38,499 bases of DNA from NCBI RefSeq assembly GCF_001194135.2, contig NC_068992.1, forward strand, positions 34,673,964 to 34,712,462, written 5' to 3'. Of the stretch, positions 9,685-21,172 are shown piece after piece (position 1 is the first letter of the stretch; each line of letters opens with the position of its first letter). Source of the stretch: Octopus bimaculoides (taxonomy: Eukaryota). The notes under the pieces are model-generated. The model saw nothing but the letters and a program-made list of their open reading frames with translations, was not told the DNA's origin and did not search any database. The translations under genes and the position numbers were made by a program.

Positions 9685-10816
9685 TTATGTTGGAAAAAAA
9701 TCCTGTCGCTTGAAAAGAAAAAAACAAATGCTTCTTTAGTTTTAATTGAGATATTTAATCAAGATAATATTTCCCCTCATTATGATAACATAATCACATC
9801 TATTTGGTAAATTGTTGATCCTTCAGCTTTCAAAACAAAGAAACACTCAATATCATTTTTTTTAACTTCTTCACAATTGATAAACTGTTTTTCCTTTATA
9901 TAATGTTGCAGTGATCTGAAAAGATAGAACAAGGTCAGGAGAGTAAGGAGGATAAGAAAAAAACATCCACATTTAGTGCCATCCTTTCCTGGGTGACTTG
10001 GGCAATATATTAACTTACATTATTGAGTAAGATTAACACCCCTTTACAACTGACCAATGATGGGTGCTTTTTCTGGAAACTTTGTGTAACGCTTCCAACT
10101 GACCACAAGACTTCTCTAAATTAACAGTTTCATTTTGGTTTAACACTCCATGATTGACAATCAAACACAGAGCATAAATTTATCAGGGTATAGTTCTGGT
10201 GTGGAGATGAATCCTCCTTTTCCATGTGAACTTAACCATTGTTATTTTTATTTGATATAATATAGAGAACTCGGTTTTCATTACTTGTGATGATCTTAGC
10301 CAGGAGAGGTTCTACAGCAAATCTACTCTTCAATGATGAGCAGAGGACAACTCTGAGAAGCATTTTGACCAAGATTAGACATGTATCCTGCTAATTCTCA
10401 TGCAGCTTGCTTGGAATTTTCCTCAACTATGGTTTTCAGAAGCTTAATACTGACAGAACTTGGTCATCCAGACCAAGAGTAACCTGTGAAAGAAAAACAG
10501 CAGGAATGAAACTGGTCAAGTCATTGCTAGCATGTCTAAACAATCAAAGCTACATTTTTGTTGACAGTACAAATATTTCTTGCCACTTCTATTGCTAAAC
10601 TGTCTCTTTTGAATCCAAATAACATGTACTGTCTGGTCTAAATCAATTTTGAAAGAATAAAATCAATATGTATTTAACCACTCTGGTATGAATTAATCAG
10701 AAAAGAAAGAAAAAATATTTGAATATAAAAATTAATGCAAATTTTTGTGTATGAATTGAAAATTACTCTCGATGAGATCATGTCAAAAATGTGACAAGAT
10801 TTTCTTTCTAACCTAG
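9685..10816 (-). mobile_element. Mos1-like mariner, decayed, near full length
   Basis: Minus-strand translation: EVARNICTV, LKTIVEENSKQAA*ELA, KIITSNEN (degenerate TGDE), PELYPDKFMLCV, KGVLILLNNV (degenerate HDNA), PPYSPDL. Degenerate TIRs TTATGTTGGAAAAAAATCCTGTCGC and CTAGGTTAGAAAGAAAATCTTGTCAC (reverse complement). Confidence 0.85.
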
Positions 10817-10984
10817 AGTTGTTTTCTATTGTAAAACTGTAATTGCTTTTTGTGTTTTCTGCCATATTTTATATATTTTTTTTTTACTCTAAAATTTCAG
10901 GCATGCATTGCAATTATAACGGAAATGCCACAAATACATACATACATACATACATACACGCACATGCATACATATCTCTTATCT

Positions 10985-11235
10985 TTAACATGTTTCAGTC
11001 ACTGGACTGTGGGCAAGCTGGAGCACCACTTTGAAAGGTTTTAGTCAAGTGCATTGACCCCAGTACTTATTTATCAAGCCTCGTACTTATTCAAATATTT
11101 CAAATATCTTTTGTCTACAATCTAAGTTATGAGGCTACAGTAAAAGACATTTACCCAAAGTACCACACACTAGGTCTGAACCTAGAATCATATGATTAGG
11201 AAGAATACTTCTTACTACAAATCTATACTTGTGCA
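10985..11235 (-). mobile_element. Degraded tRNA-derived SINE (same family as 31392-31787)
   Basis: TGTTTCAGTCACTGGACTGTGGGCAAGCTGGAGCACC is the reverse complement of the 31740-31775 tail. A degenerate head lies at 11150-11230. Confidence 0.8.
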
Positions 11236-12980
11236 TTATACATATATAAGTGTGCATTTTGATTTCACTACAGGATACCCAAACGCTTGTATACTCATAA
11301 ACTATAATCATTTAAGCTAAAATATATACATTTTTAAATATCTTTCTTGCTATAAAGAGTCAAATATAGTTTAATATATGAGATAAATTTATTTATTTAC
11401 TCATTCTACTTATTCTGTTATCTATACATGCCTATAAACAAAACAGTATATTTTATTCACTTTCTACATTATTAAAATAATTTCCTTACTTCTCAGAAGA
11501 ACTTGTATGTTAATTACAGAAAGATATCTTTTCTTTTCCTAATTTTTATACATTATACATTTATGAATTTTTCTAAGTTCATCATAGAATACTTATAGAA
11601 ATTTATTTTCTAAAGAAATATTTCACTTTTTTATGCATTAATAGGTAGATGTATGGAATCTATAGTTTCCAGCCAAATTGTTATCGCATAGAACTGCATA
11701 ACTGCAACCAGTTTACATAAACAAGCTTCAAAAACTTTTTAACCAATTGCCTGATAACTGATGTTGAGAAACCCTGAGATGATACATTGAGACCCTTAGC
11801 TACACTATTTCATGTGTGTGTGTTTGTGTGTGTTTGCACTAGAAGTGAGCTTAGAAAACTTTATTTGCAAAATAAGATTTAATTTCTAACACAATGATAT
11901 ATGTTTTTGTGGACTGATACATTCTCTAAAGAAAGAATGGACAGTAAAACAATAGGAAACTGAAGTTACTTCAAAGGTCAGCACTTTGTATCTTGCCCCT
12001 GATACTTTGGTTATGTATTTAGTTAAAAACTTTAACTCCTAGAGGGCTCATCCACATAGTTCTAGATAGACTAGGAAGAACATATCACTCTGACACTCAT
12101 GTGGATTGATAAATGTTTAATTAGCTTGCAATGTTCAGTTTCATACCACTTATAGCTATCACTTAGAGAGAGATGGACTTCACTATACTCATTTGTCGTA
12201 GTTAAATGGCAAAAAATACAATTTTCTGTAATATTCTTAATTATGTCCTTAATGGTTTAGAGGGGACATCCTCATACCATAGAGACACACACAACCTTTG
12301 ATTATTTCCTTCTTGTAGAAGTTACCAATTCATGTAAATAGAAATAATAGCTATGAGGCTAATATCCATATCTGGAATATGATTTTAGAAATAATCAATG
12401 AACATAGCTCCAAACTATAATTGGATTTAATGAAGTAATATCCAACTTCTTTAAAAAAGTGTGAGCTTCTCATTTCTCACTAAGTAAGAAATTAAAATAT
12501 TAAAGATTTGAAAAAGACTGATTAGAAGTACTAACAGATGTTTACAATATTAAAACTTAAAGTTGTCATTAGTCGCCAACTGTAAATTAATTTTTTTCTT
12601 TCTTTTTGTAGATATAGGCACTAAGATGTTTGATTCCAATTCTTAATTTCACACGCACACATATAATCATTACTGATGACACATAATGTATGTACTTTGA
12701 TTATACAGTCATTAGCTGCAGAATAGTGTCAAAGAGAAAAGTCCCTTTAAGATGCCAAGTGTTGGAAAGCACTGAATACATCAAATGAGACAACTCACCT
12801 TGTAGAAAAATCAAAGATGATGGATATTGATATTTTGCTGTTTTTACAGCTCTTTGACATCATGTGCTTAAGTCACCTCAGGACAAACTACAATCACTAA
12901 TCTCAGGCATATATGCAAAAAGAGTCTATCTGCTGATTGCAACAACATTGCACAGGTAACATAAAATAAAATAAAATTTT

Positions 12981-14445
12981 GAATTATAAACAGCTCTAAT
13001 AATGTAAGAATTTTTGATGTCATATACTTGCTGTATGTGTTTTGATTATGAGCTCATTAGCTGTGGGACTCCAGTACATTATGTGCTCATTAGCTGTGGG
13101 ACTCTAGTACATTATGTGCTCATTAGCTGCTCAAAGAGCAGCAAAAACAGCACAATATCAATATCCAGATGCTAACCCACAAGTAATGAGCACATACTCA
13201 AAATACATACAGTAAGTTTCTAGAAAAAAACAGGGTAACAAGATTAGTAAGACAGGCAGGAAAGAAGATGAGAGAAAATAAAATATAAATAAAATAACAA
13301 TACGATGAAGGGAGGAAGATTAGATAAAATAAAATAAAATAAAACAACATAGAATACAATAAAGGTTGTAGAGTACAAGGAGGTTCAATCTGTAATAAGT
13401 TGATGGATATAAAAAATTCTTTAAAAGTTGTATATATAAAAGCTTTAAAGGTTTATGGATGTAAAGCTTTAAAAGTTTAAGGGTATATAAAAGGTTTGTA
13501 GAAATAGATATTGGTATAAAAGTAGGTTGGTAGATATAGATGGGTTGATAGCTAGATAGACAGACAGACAGATAGATAGACAGACAGACAGATAGACTGA
13601 TTGGTAGATAGCTTGATAGATGGAGAGCTAGGCAGTTTGGTTGGTTGGTTGACAGACAGGCAGGCAAACAAGCAGGTAGGCAGGCAGGCAGGCAGGTAGG
13701 CAGGTAGGTAGATAGATAGATAGATATATAGATAGATAGACATATTGATAGGTGGATAGATACATAGTTCAGTAGGTAGATAGGAGAATAATATATCTTA
13801 CATGTAGCATGCTATCTTCAGTGTGCCTTGTTGCTGTGTGTTATAGCTTATTTAGTTAGTGCTTTCAAATCAAGGGTTCTTCAAACTTGACAAAAGCAGA
13901 AAATAAAGATTACAAAAATCTGATGAAGATTCATCGACTCAAAAACACTGAGTAAATAAGCTATAACACCCAGTAACAAGGCTCACTTCAGGTCACACAA
14001 CAGATTTGGGGTAAACTATCTTTCTATCTATTCATCTATCTACTTATCTATTAACTCATCTATCTGTCTGTCTAATCCATTTATTTACATAACTACTTTT
14101 ATACCTACTTCTATATCCACAAACATTTTAAATAGCCTTAAACTTTCATATCCATGAACCTTCAAAACTTTTATGTCTATGAACTTTTAAAAAAAAATTT
14201 ATATCCATCAACCCCATCAACTCACTACTGAAGATTAAATTTCCTTGCACTCTACAACCTATATTATATATTATATTATTTTACTTTATTTTGTTTTCTC
14301 TTACTTTCCTCTGTACCTATCCTACTAATAGAGTTACCCTGTTATTTTACTAATATCCAACCATGTTGCCTGAGATGCACCAACACATTATATGATAAGT
14401 GTGTGATATCGATAATGCATACATTATTAAAGCTGCTTTTAATTC
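12981..14445. repeat. Large imperfect inverted repeat (foldback) with (TAGA/CAGA)n in both arms; possibly PLE-derived
   Basis: 13820-13861 vs reverse complement of 13946-13987: 37/42 identical, 84-nt spacer. 13231-13570 aligns with the reverse complement of 14020-14341. 12981-13030 aligns with the reverse complement of 14395-14445. Confidence 0.9.
13045..13130. repeat. 33-bp tandem repeat, ~2.5 copies
   Basis: TGCTCATTAGCTGTGGGACTCCAGTACATTATG units start at 13051, 13084 and 13117. Confidence 0.9.
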
Positions 14446-14783
14446 TCTCTCTGATCTATCATTAATGTGAAAAGGTGTATACTTTGCTTGGTAACAACCT
14501 GTCTTTGACACCATACTGCCCAGTCTTGGATTCAGTCAAACCCATTGCATGTTTGTCAGTATGCAATTTGATATGCCGGTATTTTCTTTATCCCAAGTAG
14601 AAGTCAAGACTTTGGTTTTCTAGAATCATAAAGAGGTAGGAAACATTTCATTGCATTGGTCAGGGCATCATATATATCTATGCCTCTGCCATTATGAAAC
14701 ACTGCTTCCCCTGGTGTTTCCTCTCACAATTTCCATGTACCAAATTTCACTCACAATTTGTTGGTCATCCAACATATACACAC

Positions 14784-14829
<46 letters not shown>

Positions 14830-15074
14830 NNNNNNNNNNNNNNNNNNNNNNNNNNNNNNNNNNNNNNNNNNNNNNNNNNNNNNNNNNNNNNNNNNNNNNN
14901 NNNNNNNNNNNNNNNNNNNNNNNNNNNATATATATATATATATATATATAAGGGGCATTATATAAATATAAATATAAACGTATAATTATATTCTTGGGAA
15001 TAGAAATTTCCCTTATGAATTGTATATGCATATTTCAAGAGTTATTGTTCTTTTATCAGCACCACATCCAACCT

Positions 15075-15126
15075 ATCAACTATCCATAAATGCATTGCTT
15101 AAGCAATGCATTCAGTGATAGTTGAT
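15075..15126. other. 52-bp near-perfect palindrome
   Basis: ATCAACTATC-CATA-AATGCATTGCTTAAGCAATGCATT-CAGT-GATAGTTGAT: a perfect 24-bp core plus 10-bp outer arms. Confidence 0.95.
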
Positions 15127-15325
15127 CAGAATTAATCATTTAACTAATGATTATTCTTATTTCTTCATGTGTAACTTTAATTTATCTCAATTTCCAAGCA
15201 TATTATGTCAAGAATGCAAGCACCTATCTCATATAAAGTTTCCATGCTGAAGTCATGTTTGAACTATTTTTTCCTATCATTTTCTACAATATAACTGGTG
15301 AACTAAAGTAATTCAGAATTGCCTT
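15127..15325 (+). repeat. Copy 1 of a ~180-200-bp dispersed direct repeat
   Basis: Aligns to 19044-19222; the last 59 nt differ at 4 positions. Confidence 0.9.
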
Positions 15326-16942
15326 ACTCACAAACAATAAACATCTGCACAATTGAACTCACAGTCTCTATATTGGCATTAGCTCAGTTTTTAACATGTG
15401 CATAGATACAGTCATGAGATATGATATTCAGGTATAAAATATAAAGATAAAGTTTAGTCGGTGAATAAGAAATTTCATAAATATGATATTGCAGAATTAT
15501 TCACAATTTGACATGGTGAAATTACTTGTGTTCTTTAGAATTAAACTTGTAGTTTTTTTTTTTTTTTCCTATGTTCTTAGAGAATCAAAAATGGAAAATC
15601 ACAAAGATATAAATGTCAAGGAGTTGATTGGTTGAGAGATTTACTTTCTATTTTTTTTCTTTTAACTGTCTGATTGCATGTTTCTAGAATTAAAATGTAA
15701 TACACATGCTATATAGTATGGAAAAATATATTAAGTGGCAAAAATAGACAAGTTCAGCACTAATGGTAGTGCAAGTCAAAATATAAACCTACAAGTTTAT
15801 TTATTTATTTATTTATTGTGAAAATCTGGTAATAAATGTCAGCTATTCAAATGAGACAACCCTTTTGACAGTGAGTAAGGGGAATTAAAATCTGTAAAGT
15901 AGGATGGTAAGTTAATAGTGATAAAAGACTATCAAACTAAATGCATTACAGTATTTATTTTCATACTTTGAGATTTCAATATGACATTTTGTTATAGATA
16001 GCATTTCCAAAAGAAATGTAGCAGCAACGTACAGGATATCTTTCAATTCTTTACATTATATTCACTTCAACAAAGGTTTGATTTCTCTCTAACTTTCGTT
16101 ATGAATATCTGTGCAATATGTAATGTGTCTGCTTCTATGTTATTTGTACAGGTTTGGGTTTTTATATTTGCCTGTAATTAGATCAACACCCATCAGAAGA
16201 CATGTGAACTTAGTTGGTTCTTTGAATTCTGAGCGTCCAGTTTGTAGAAGTAATTAAAGAATGAGGCATCATGTAGAAAGGTGATAGCATTTGACCCTGA
16301 ATCTTGTCAATTACTAAAGCTGCTTTCGTGTCACATTACAATGATCAAATCTGAAATAACTAAAGCAGTAAAATCTTGCTGTACTAAAACCTGCTCTGCT
16401 TCTTATATCATAGAGTAAGAAACACATCTAACCCAACTAAGATCCCTAGGATAAACTTCACTGCATATTCATTGATATCATTTACTTTTAAATGACAAGT
16501 AATTATTATGCTTGTCAGGATTACAATGTTGTAAATAAAATAATGATGCATGTAAGATAAATCATCATCATCGTCATTGTTTTTAATTAATCAATTAATT
16601 AACAATCAGATTTTCTCTGTTGCAGAATAATTGTGAGTTGTTTACCCTCCCCACCACCACCACACACACATATTAAACCTAATCAAGCAAATCTATTATG
16701 ATCAAACATATTCAAGACAGTCATCTAATCATTTTGTGTATCTAGGACTACATTTTCTAATGTTTTTCTTTTTTTAAATATGTTAAGCAGTAATCTGAGG
16801 GAGATTTGACTGCTGTTATTAGCAGTGAAAATTACTGTGCAGAGGCTCTCTTTCTCATTGGTTTGAATAATAAATGCTTGTTTTACTATAAGGAAGGAAC
16901 AAATCCAATACATATGTCAACTGTTTCTTGTTATTTATACTA

Positions 16943-18186
16943 CAAGGTGAATTCAAAAAGTATCCAACCTTTGGGCATAAAAAAATTGTTTATACATTTT
17001 CCTAATTTTATTTAATCACCTTCAAAATATATCGCTTGAGAGTTCATGCACTTCTCCTAGGAGTTCTGCCACTGGTATACTATGGAGCTTTACTGTCACT
17101 TTTTTCATAATTTCCTCTCACAACTCAAATCGCCTCCCTTTCAGCATGTTTTTTCAGTTTGGGGAATAGCCACAAGTCACATGGTGCCAAGCTGGGAGAG
17201 TAGGAAGCCTGTCAAACAAGTTATGTGTTGTTTGTGATTAGGGAAGCTTGAATTAAATGAGTAGAATGAGCTGGCGCATTGTCATTGTGAAATTGTAAAT
17301 TCTTTGCTGTCCACATGTCCAGCTGCTTTCAATGCACAGCATTATAAAAAGTGATGTATCACCTTCAGGTAGTACTCCTTATTGATTGTCTGGTCTTGTG
17401 GTGCATATCCATGAGACACAATACCACAAGGGTTAAAAGAAAGAGGTCCATTACCTTCACATTGCTATGAACCTGTTGTTCTTTCATGGGTTCTTGGTGA
17501 TAACAGATGTTTCCATTGGGGAGACTGGAACTTGATTTTCAGATCATAGCCATAAGCCCATGTCTCATCACCAGTGATGATGGTCTTCATGAAGCTAAGG
17601 TCGTGGTTTGTACAGTCCTGCTTGTTCTGAATGATTTCCATGCAGAATTCCTTCTGCTGCTCTGCCAGTACCTTGGTGATGAATTTTGTTGACACTTTCT
17701 GCATACACAAATCCTCCATTTAAATGGAATGCATTGATTCTCTGTCTATTCCCACTTCATGAGCAATTTCTTATTTACTGAACCTTCTAAGTTAGGTCCC
17801 CATTTTGGCTTGTGAATGGCTTACCTGAGTGTGCTTCACTCTCCACTGAGGTGCAACCATGTTGGAAGTAATTGTATCACTCCTTGATCTGAGTTTGTGG
17901 TGATGGAATTATCATCAAAGCCTACTCAGTCTTCTGGATGGTTTGAGCTTGAGTATCACCAAAATCTTGATGCAATATCTTTGCTTGATGCATTTGGTCA
18001 TCTTGTGTGAAAATGAAAATCCCATGAGCACACACTACTCTAGACAAAACAGCCAGAAACTGATATGGCCTATTGGTTCAAAAGTTTGCACAGAAAGGGT
18101 GGTGTCACCTTCTACTGAAGCAATTTTGCCCCTGCAGCATTAGTTTTGGTGGGGAAAATAGTCAGATACTTTTTGAATGCACCTCA
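16943..18186 (-). mobile_element. Full-length decayed mariner (~1244 bp) with 26-bp TIRs and TA target site
   Basis: TA|CAAGGTGAATTCAAAAAGTATCCAAC vs reverse complement TA|TGAGGTGCATTCAAAAAGTATCTGAC (21/26 identical). Minus-strand translation: GDTQAQTIQK, SVESEAHSGKP, KFITKVL, IITGDETWAYGYD, YSPSLAPCDLWLFPKLK. Confidence 0.95.
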
Positions 18187-18728
18187 TATTTTTTACATTA
18201 TGATATAGAAATTAAACATCTGTTGCTCTTCTAACAGCAGCAAGATTTATCGAGAAAGAATTAAGCAATAATAGTTAGTTTTTTTTATTCCATGCATATT
18301 GAAGGACTCCTCAGAAAAAAAATTAAGGCTTAGTCAGATGATGAACAACAGTACACATGGTGACTTATAGGGTCGTTGAGATGAATGGGAAGAAGGGAAG
18401 AAATTGTATTCAGATCAGAGACTAGACTTGAATATTTACATCAGAGTGAATTATGCTAAAGGCATCCATGGATTAAGTTGGTAGATTTAAACAAGGGGAT
18501 TTGATATGCATACTGCCCAGAAAGAGATACAGTCTTTCCAACAGATTTCCACATAGTTTTGATCTAGAATATCGCTCATAAGATTTTATTCAACATGTTA
18601 CTATGATAGAAGATACTACTATTTAGTTGCAAAGTAAATTTCTTATTTACGCAGTCATGCCAGTACAATCTAATAAAATATTTACATATACATAGATATA
18701 TACATGCATGTCTGCATTCATGCATACA

Positions 18729-18784
<56 letters not shown>

Positions 18785-19043
18785 GAGAGACATACACAAT
18801 CCATATGCAAGTTAAAAATATTGTCATTGTAAAAAAATTTAGCAAGCAGCACAAAATAAATTATTAAAACTTCCTTTCAGAAATCCTAAAGAGTTAAAAA
18901 TTCAGTATTTAAATCTTTATTTACTATGAAGAGAATGAGAATGCAAACTTCCACTGAATAAAATTTCATTTTGTAATTCTCTCAAAAAATCCTGGTACTC
19001 ATCTAATTGAAATTTAAAGGTTGTCATTTTTGCCTATTTTGAA

Positions 19044-19222
19044 CAGAATTAGTCATTTAACAAATGATTGCTATTATCTCTTCATGTTTAATTTGTTTAA
19101 ATTTCTAAGCATATCAGGAATGCAAGCACTTATTTAATATAATGCAGAAGTCATCTTTGGACCTTTTTTCTTATCATTTTCTACAATGTAACTGATGAAC
19201 TAAAGTAATTCAGAATTGTCTT
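19044..19222 (+). repeat. Copy 2 of the dispersed repeat, ending at the R4/Dong relic
   Basis: See 15127-15325. Confidence 0.9.
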
Positions 19223-20004
19223 GGACACTTAACAAGATGTGCAACCTCAACATAAAAACTAGAAAGGTATTGACCACCACTGACAACTTCCTCATCAACA
19301 GTCACATCAATAACATCTATGTGAAACAAAGTGATGGTGGCAGAGGCATAAAGTTACTTCAAACAGCCTTTCAATGTCAGATTGTATCGTTCAGACATCT
19401 TCTGAACAGCAAAGAGAGGAGAACATTCCATGCATACTCAAAAGAGTGAGAGCAATAACATTTTTGGAGTTGGAGAAGACTTGCTGAGAAGGTATTCTGA
19501 GAATGCAACCAAAAGGTGGCTGGACAGGGGAGAAGCAGGCATCATACCAGCAAAAAGCAATATTTGGATACATATGTCTCTTCTTCTCTCTTTCTCTATA
19601 GCAAGTCACCTGTTTCTGTCTCTTTGTCACACTCTAACCTTTCATCATCTGACACAAGATCACCTCTTCCCAATGCTCCCTCCCCTCTTAAAGATTCGTT
19701 GTCTTGCAAGTTAGTTGGTGACCCTACCAGTACTGTGTCACATTAAAAGCATCCACTCCACACTGTAATGTGGCTGGCATTTGGATGGGCATGCAGCTGT
19801 AAGAACCATTACAAAACTGACCTTGCCTGTGGTGTTACCATATAAAAAAAACTCAGTCCATTCTGCAGGGTGGTTGGTTTACGAAGGGCATTCAACCTTA
19901 AAAAAATATACCAAAGCAGACACAGAAGACTGGTGTCGTCTTCTGCCTGACTGGATCCTGTCAAACCATCTAACCCATACCAACATAGAAGGTGGACATT
20001 AAAC

Positions 20005-20039
<35 letters not shown>

Positions 20040-20950
20040 CAACAGCACCACCGCCGCCACCACCGATGACGACAATGAGGATGATACTGTAAACTAGAGG
20101 ATAACAGCATTAACAAGAAAAGTAGCCTCTCCTGAATTTGTGATAGATACATTGCATTCCATCTAGAAAGATATGTCTTTGCTACCCAGGAACAGGAGAC
20201 AGCTATTAAATACCTGATAAAGAAAAAGGACAAAGACACCACCAAGCCATGCTGTGATAGAAAACGCTAGATCTACTATACCAGTCTAGAAGATACCACA
20301 CACATCATCATCATCATCAGAAAGTACCTGCCACTGAGGCATGACAGCTGCAAGGACTATTTACAATTCTATATAAAAGCAGGATTGCCCTCACAAATGC
20401 ACATCAGAACCAGCAAGTACACTCACCTTTAAAGACAAGGAATACTGGTGGTACACTCTAATAAAAACAGCAATTTGGTGCAAATATAACAGACTTGATA
20501 TTGTTCTGTGGAACAGAACAAAAGTCATGCACTGTTTTGTAGAGATCAGCTGCCATGTGGATGTGAATGTACCATCAAAAGGGAAGGTAAAAGAGTACAT
20601 TTGTAGTGATTTAACACATAACTTACTGCTCTTGTACCCTGACAATAAATTCTCATTTGCATCTCTCATCAAAGGTACATTAGGTTATGTACCTACAGAT
20701 TTACACAAAATCCTAGAACTACAAGATTTTTCAAAGAGCAAAAGAAACTGATGCAAATTCTTCAAATCCAATCTATTAAAGACACCGTGAAGATTCTCCA
20801 TTTGAAATTCTTTAGATGGATAGATGCACACATTTGGGTGCATGCATCAACAGCTCAATCAACACATCAACTTAACCACATATTTAAAAACACTGGTATC
20901 TCTCTAAACTCAAAATGCCTTGTTGCTTTGTTCATGACTGGCTTGAACTC
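19218..20950 (+). mobile_element. R4/Dong-type non-LTR retrotransposon, 5'-truncated 3' part (RT thumb, degenerate zinc knuckle, restriction-like endonuclease)
   Basis: SWT...NIKTRKVLT...NIYVKQSDGGRGI; YVFATQEQE...EDTTHII...RHD; KYNRLDIVLWN...FVEISCHVDVN...DL...IKGTLGYVP; IQSIKDTVKI. Interrupted by the insert at 19565-20050. Confidence 0.85.
19565..20050 (+). mobile_element. Short retroposon sharing the RTE 3' tail; ends in (GAT)n
   Basis: GGTTGGTTTACGAAGGGCATTCAACC...TCAAACCATCTAACCCATACCAACAT...CATTAAACGATGATGAT is homologous to 7660-7810. It contains an internal ~100-bp duplication. Confidence 0.85.
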
Positions 20951-20984
20951 TCTTTAGAACCTAAATAAAACTCAAAGAAAAAAC

Positions 20985-21172
20985 ATACATACATTCATAT
21001 ATGCAGACAATGAATTTTCACACAGTTTCTGTTAATCAAATTTTACTCAGAAAGTATTGAGTAATCTAAACTATGGTTATATGACACTTGCCAAAGGTGC
21101 TACACTAGGAGGACCAACCTAGAGCTACAAGGCTGTGATGCAAATGTCTTGACTACACAACCATGCAGCATG
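20985..21172 (-). mobile_element. Degraded SINE head
   Basis: GACACTTGCCAAAGGTGC and CTTGACTACACAACC are the reverse complement of the 31400-31480 head. Confidence 0.65.

Noticed and set aside
12850-12955. Exon-like AG...GT interval
   Set aside because: All three frames contain stops; the acceptor-like tract is part of the nested inverted repeat.
13920-13960. CTGATGAAG...AAAAAC near the foldback centre, with a TTGAAGA...GAAAG counterpart in the other arm
   Set aside because: G12 is missing, stems I and III do not form, and the two arms disagree. Not supportable as a ribozyme.
16626-16632. Possible 7-nt microexon (TTTTCTCTGTTGCAG|AATAATT|GTGAGT)
   Set aside because: Such juxtapositions arise by chance in 38 kb and cannot be supported without junction reads.
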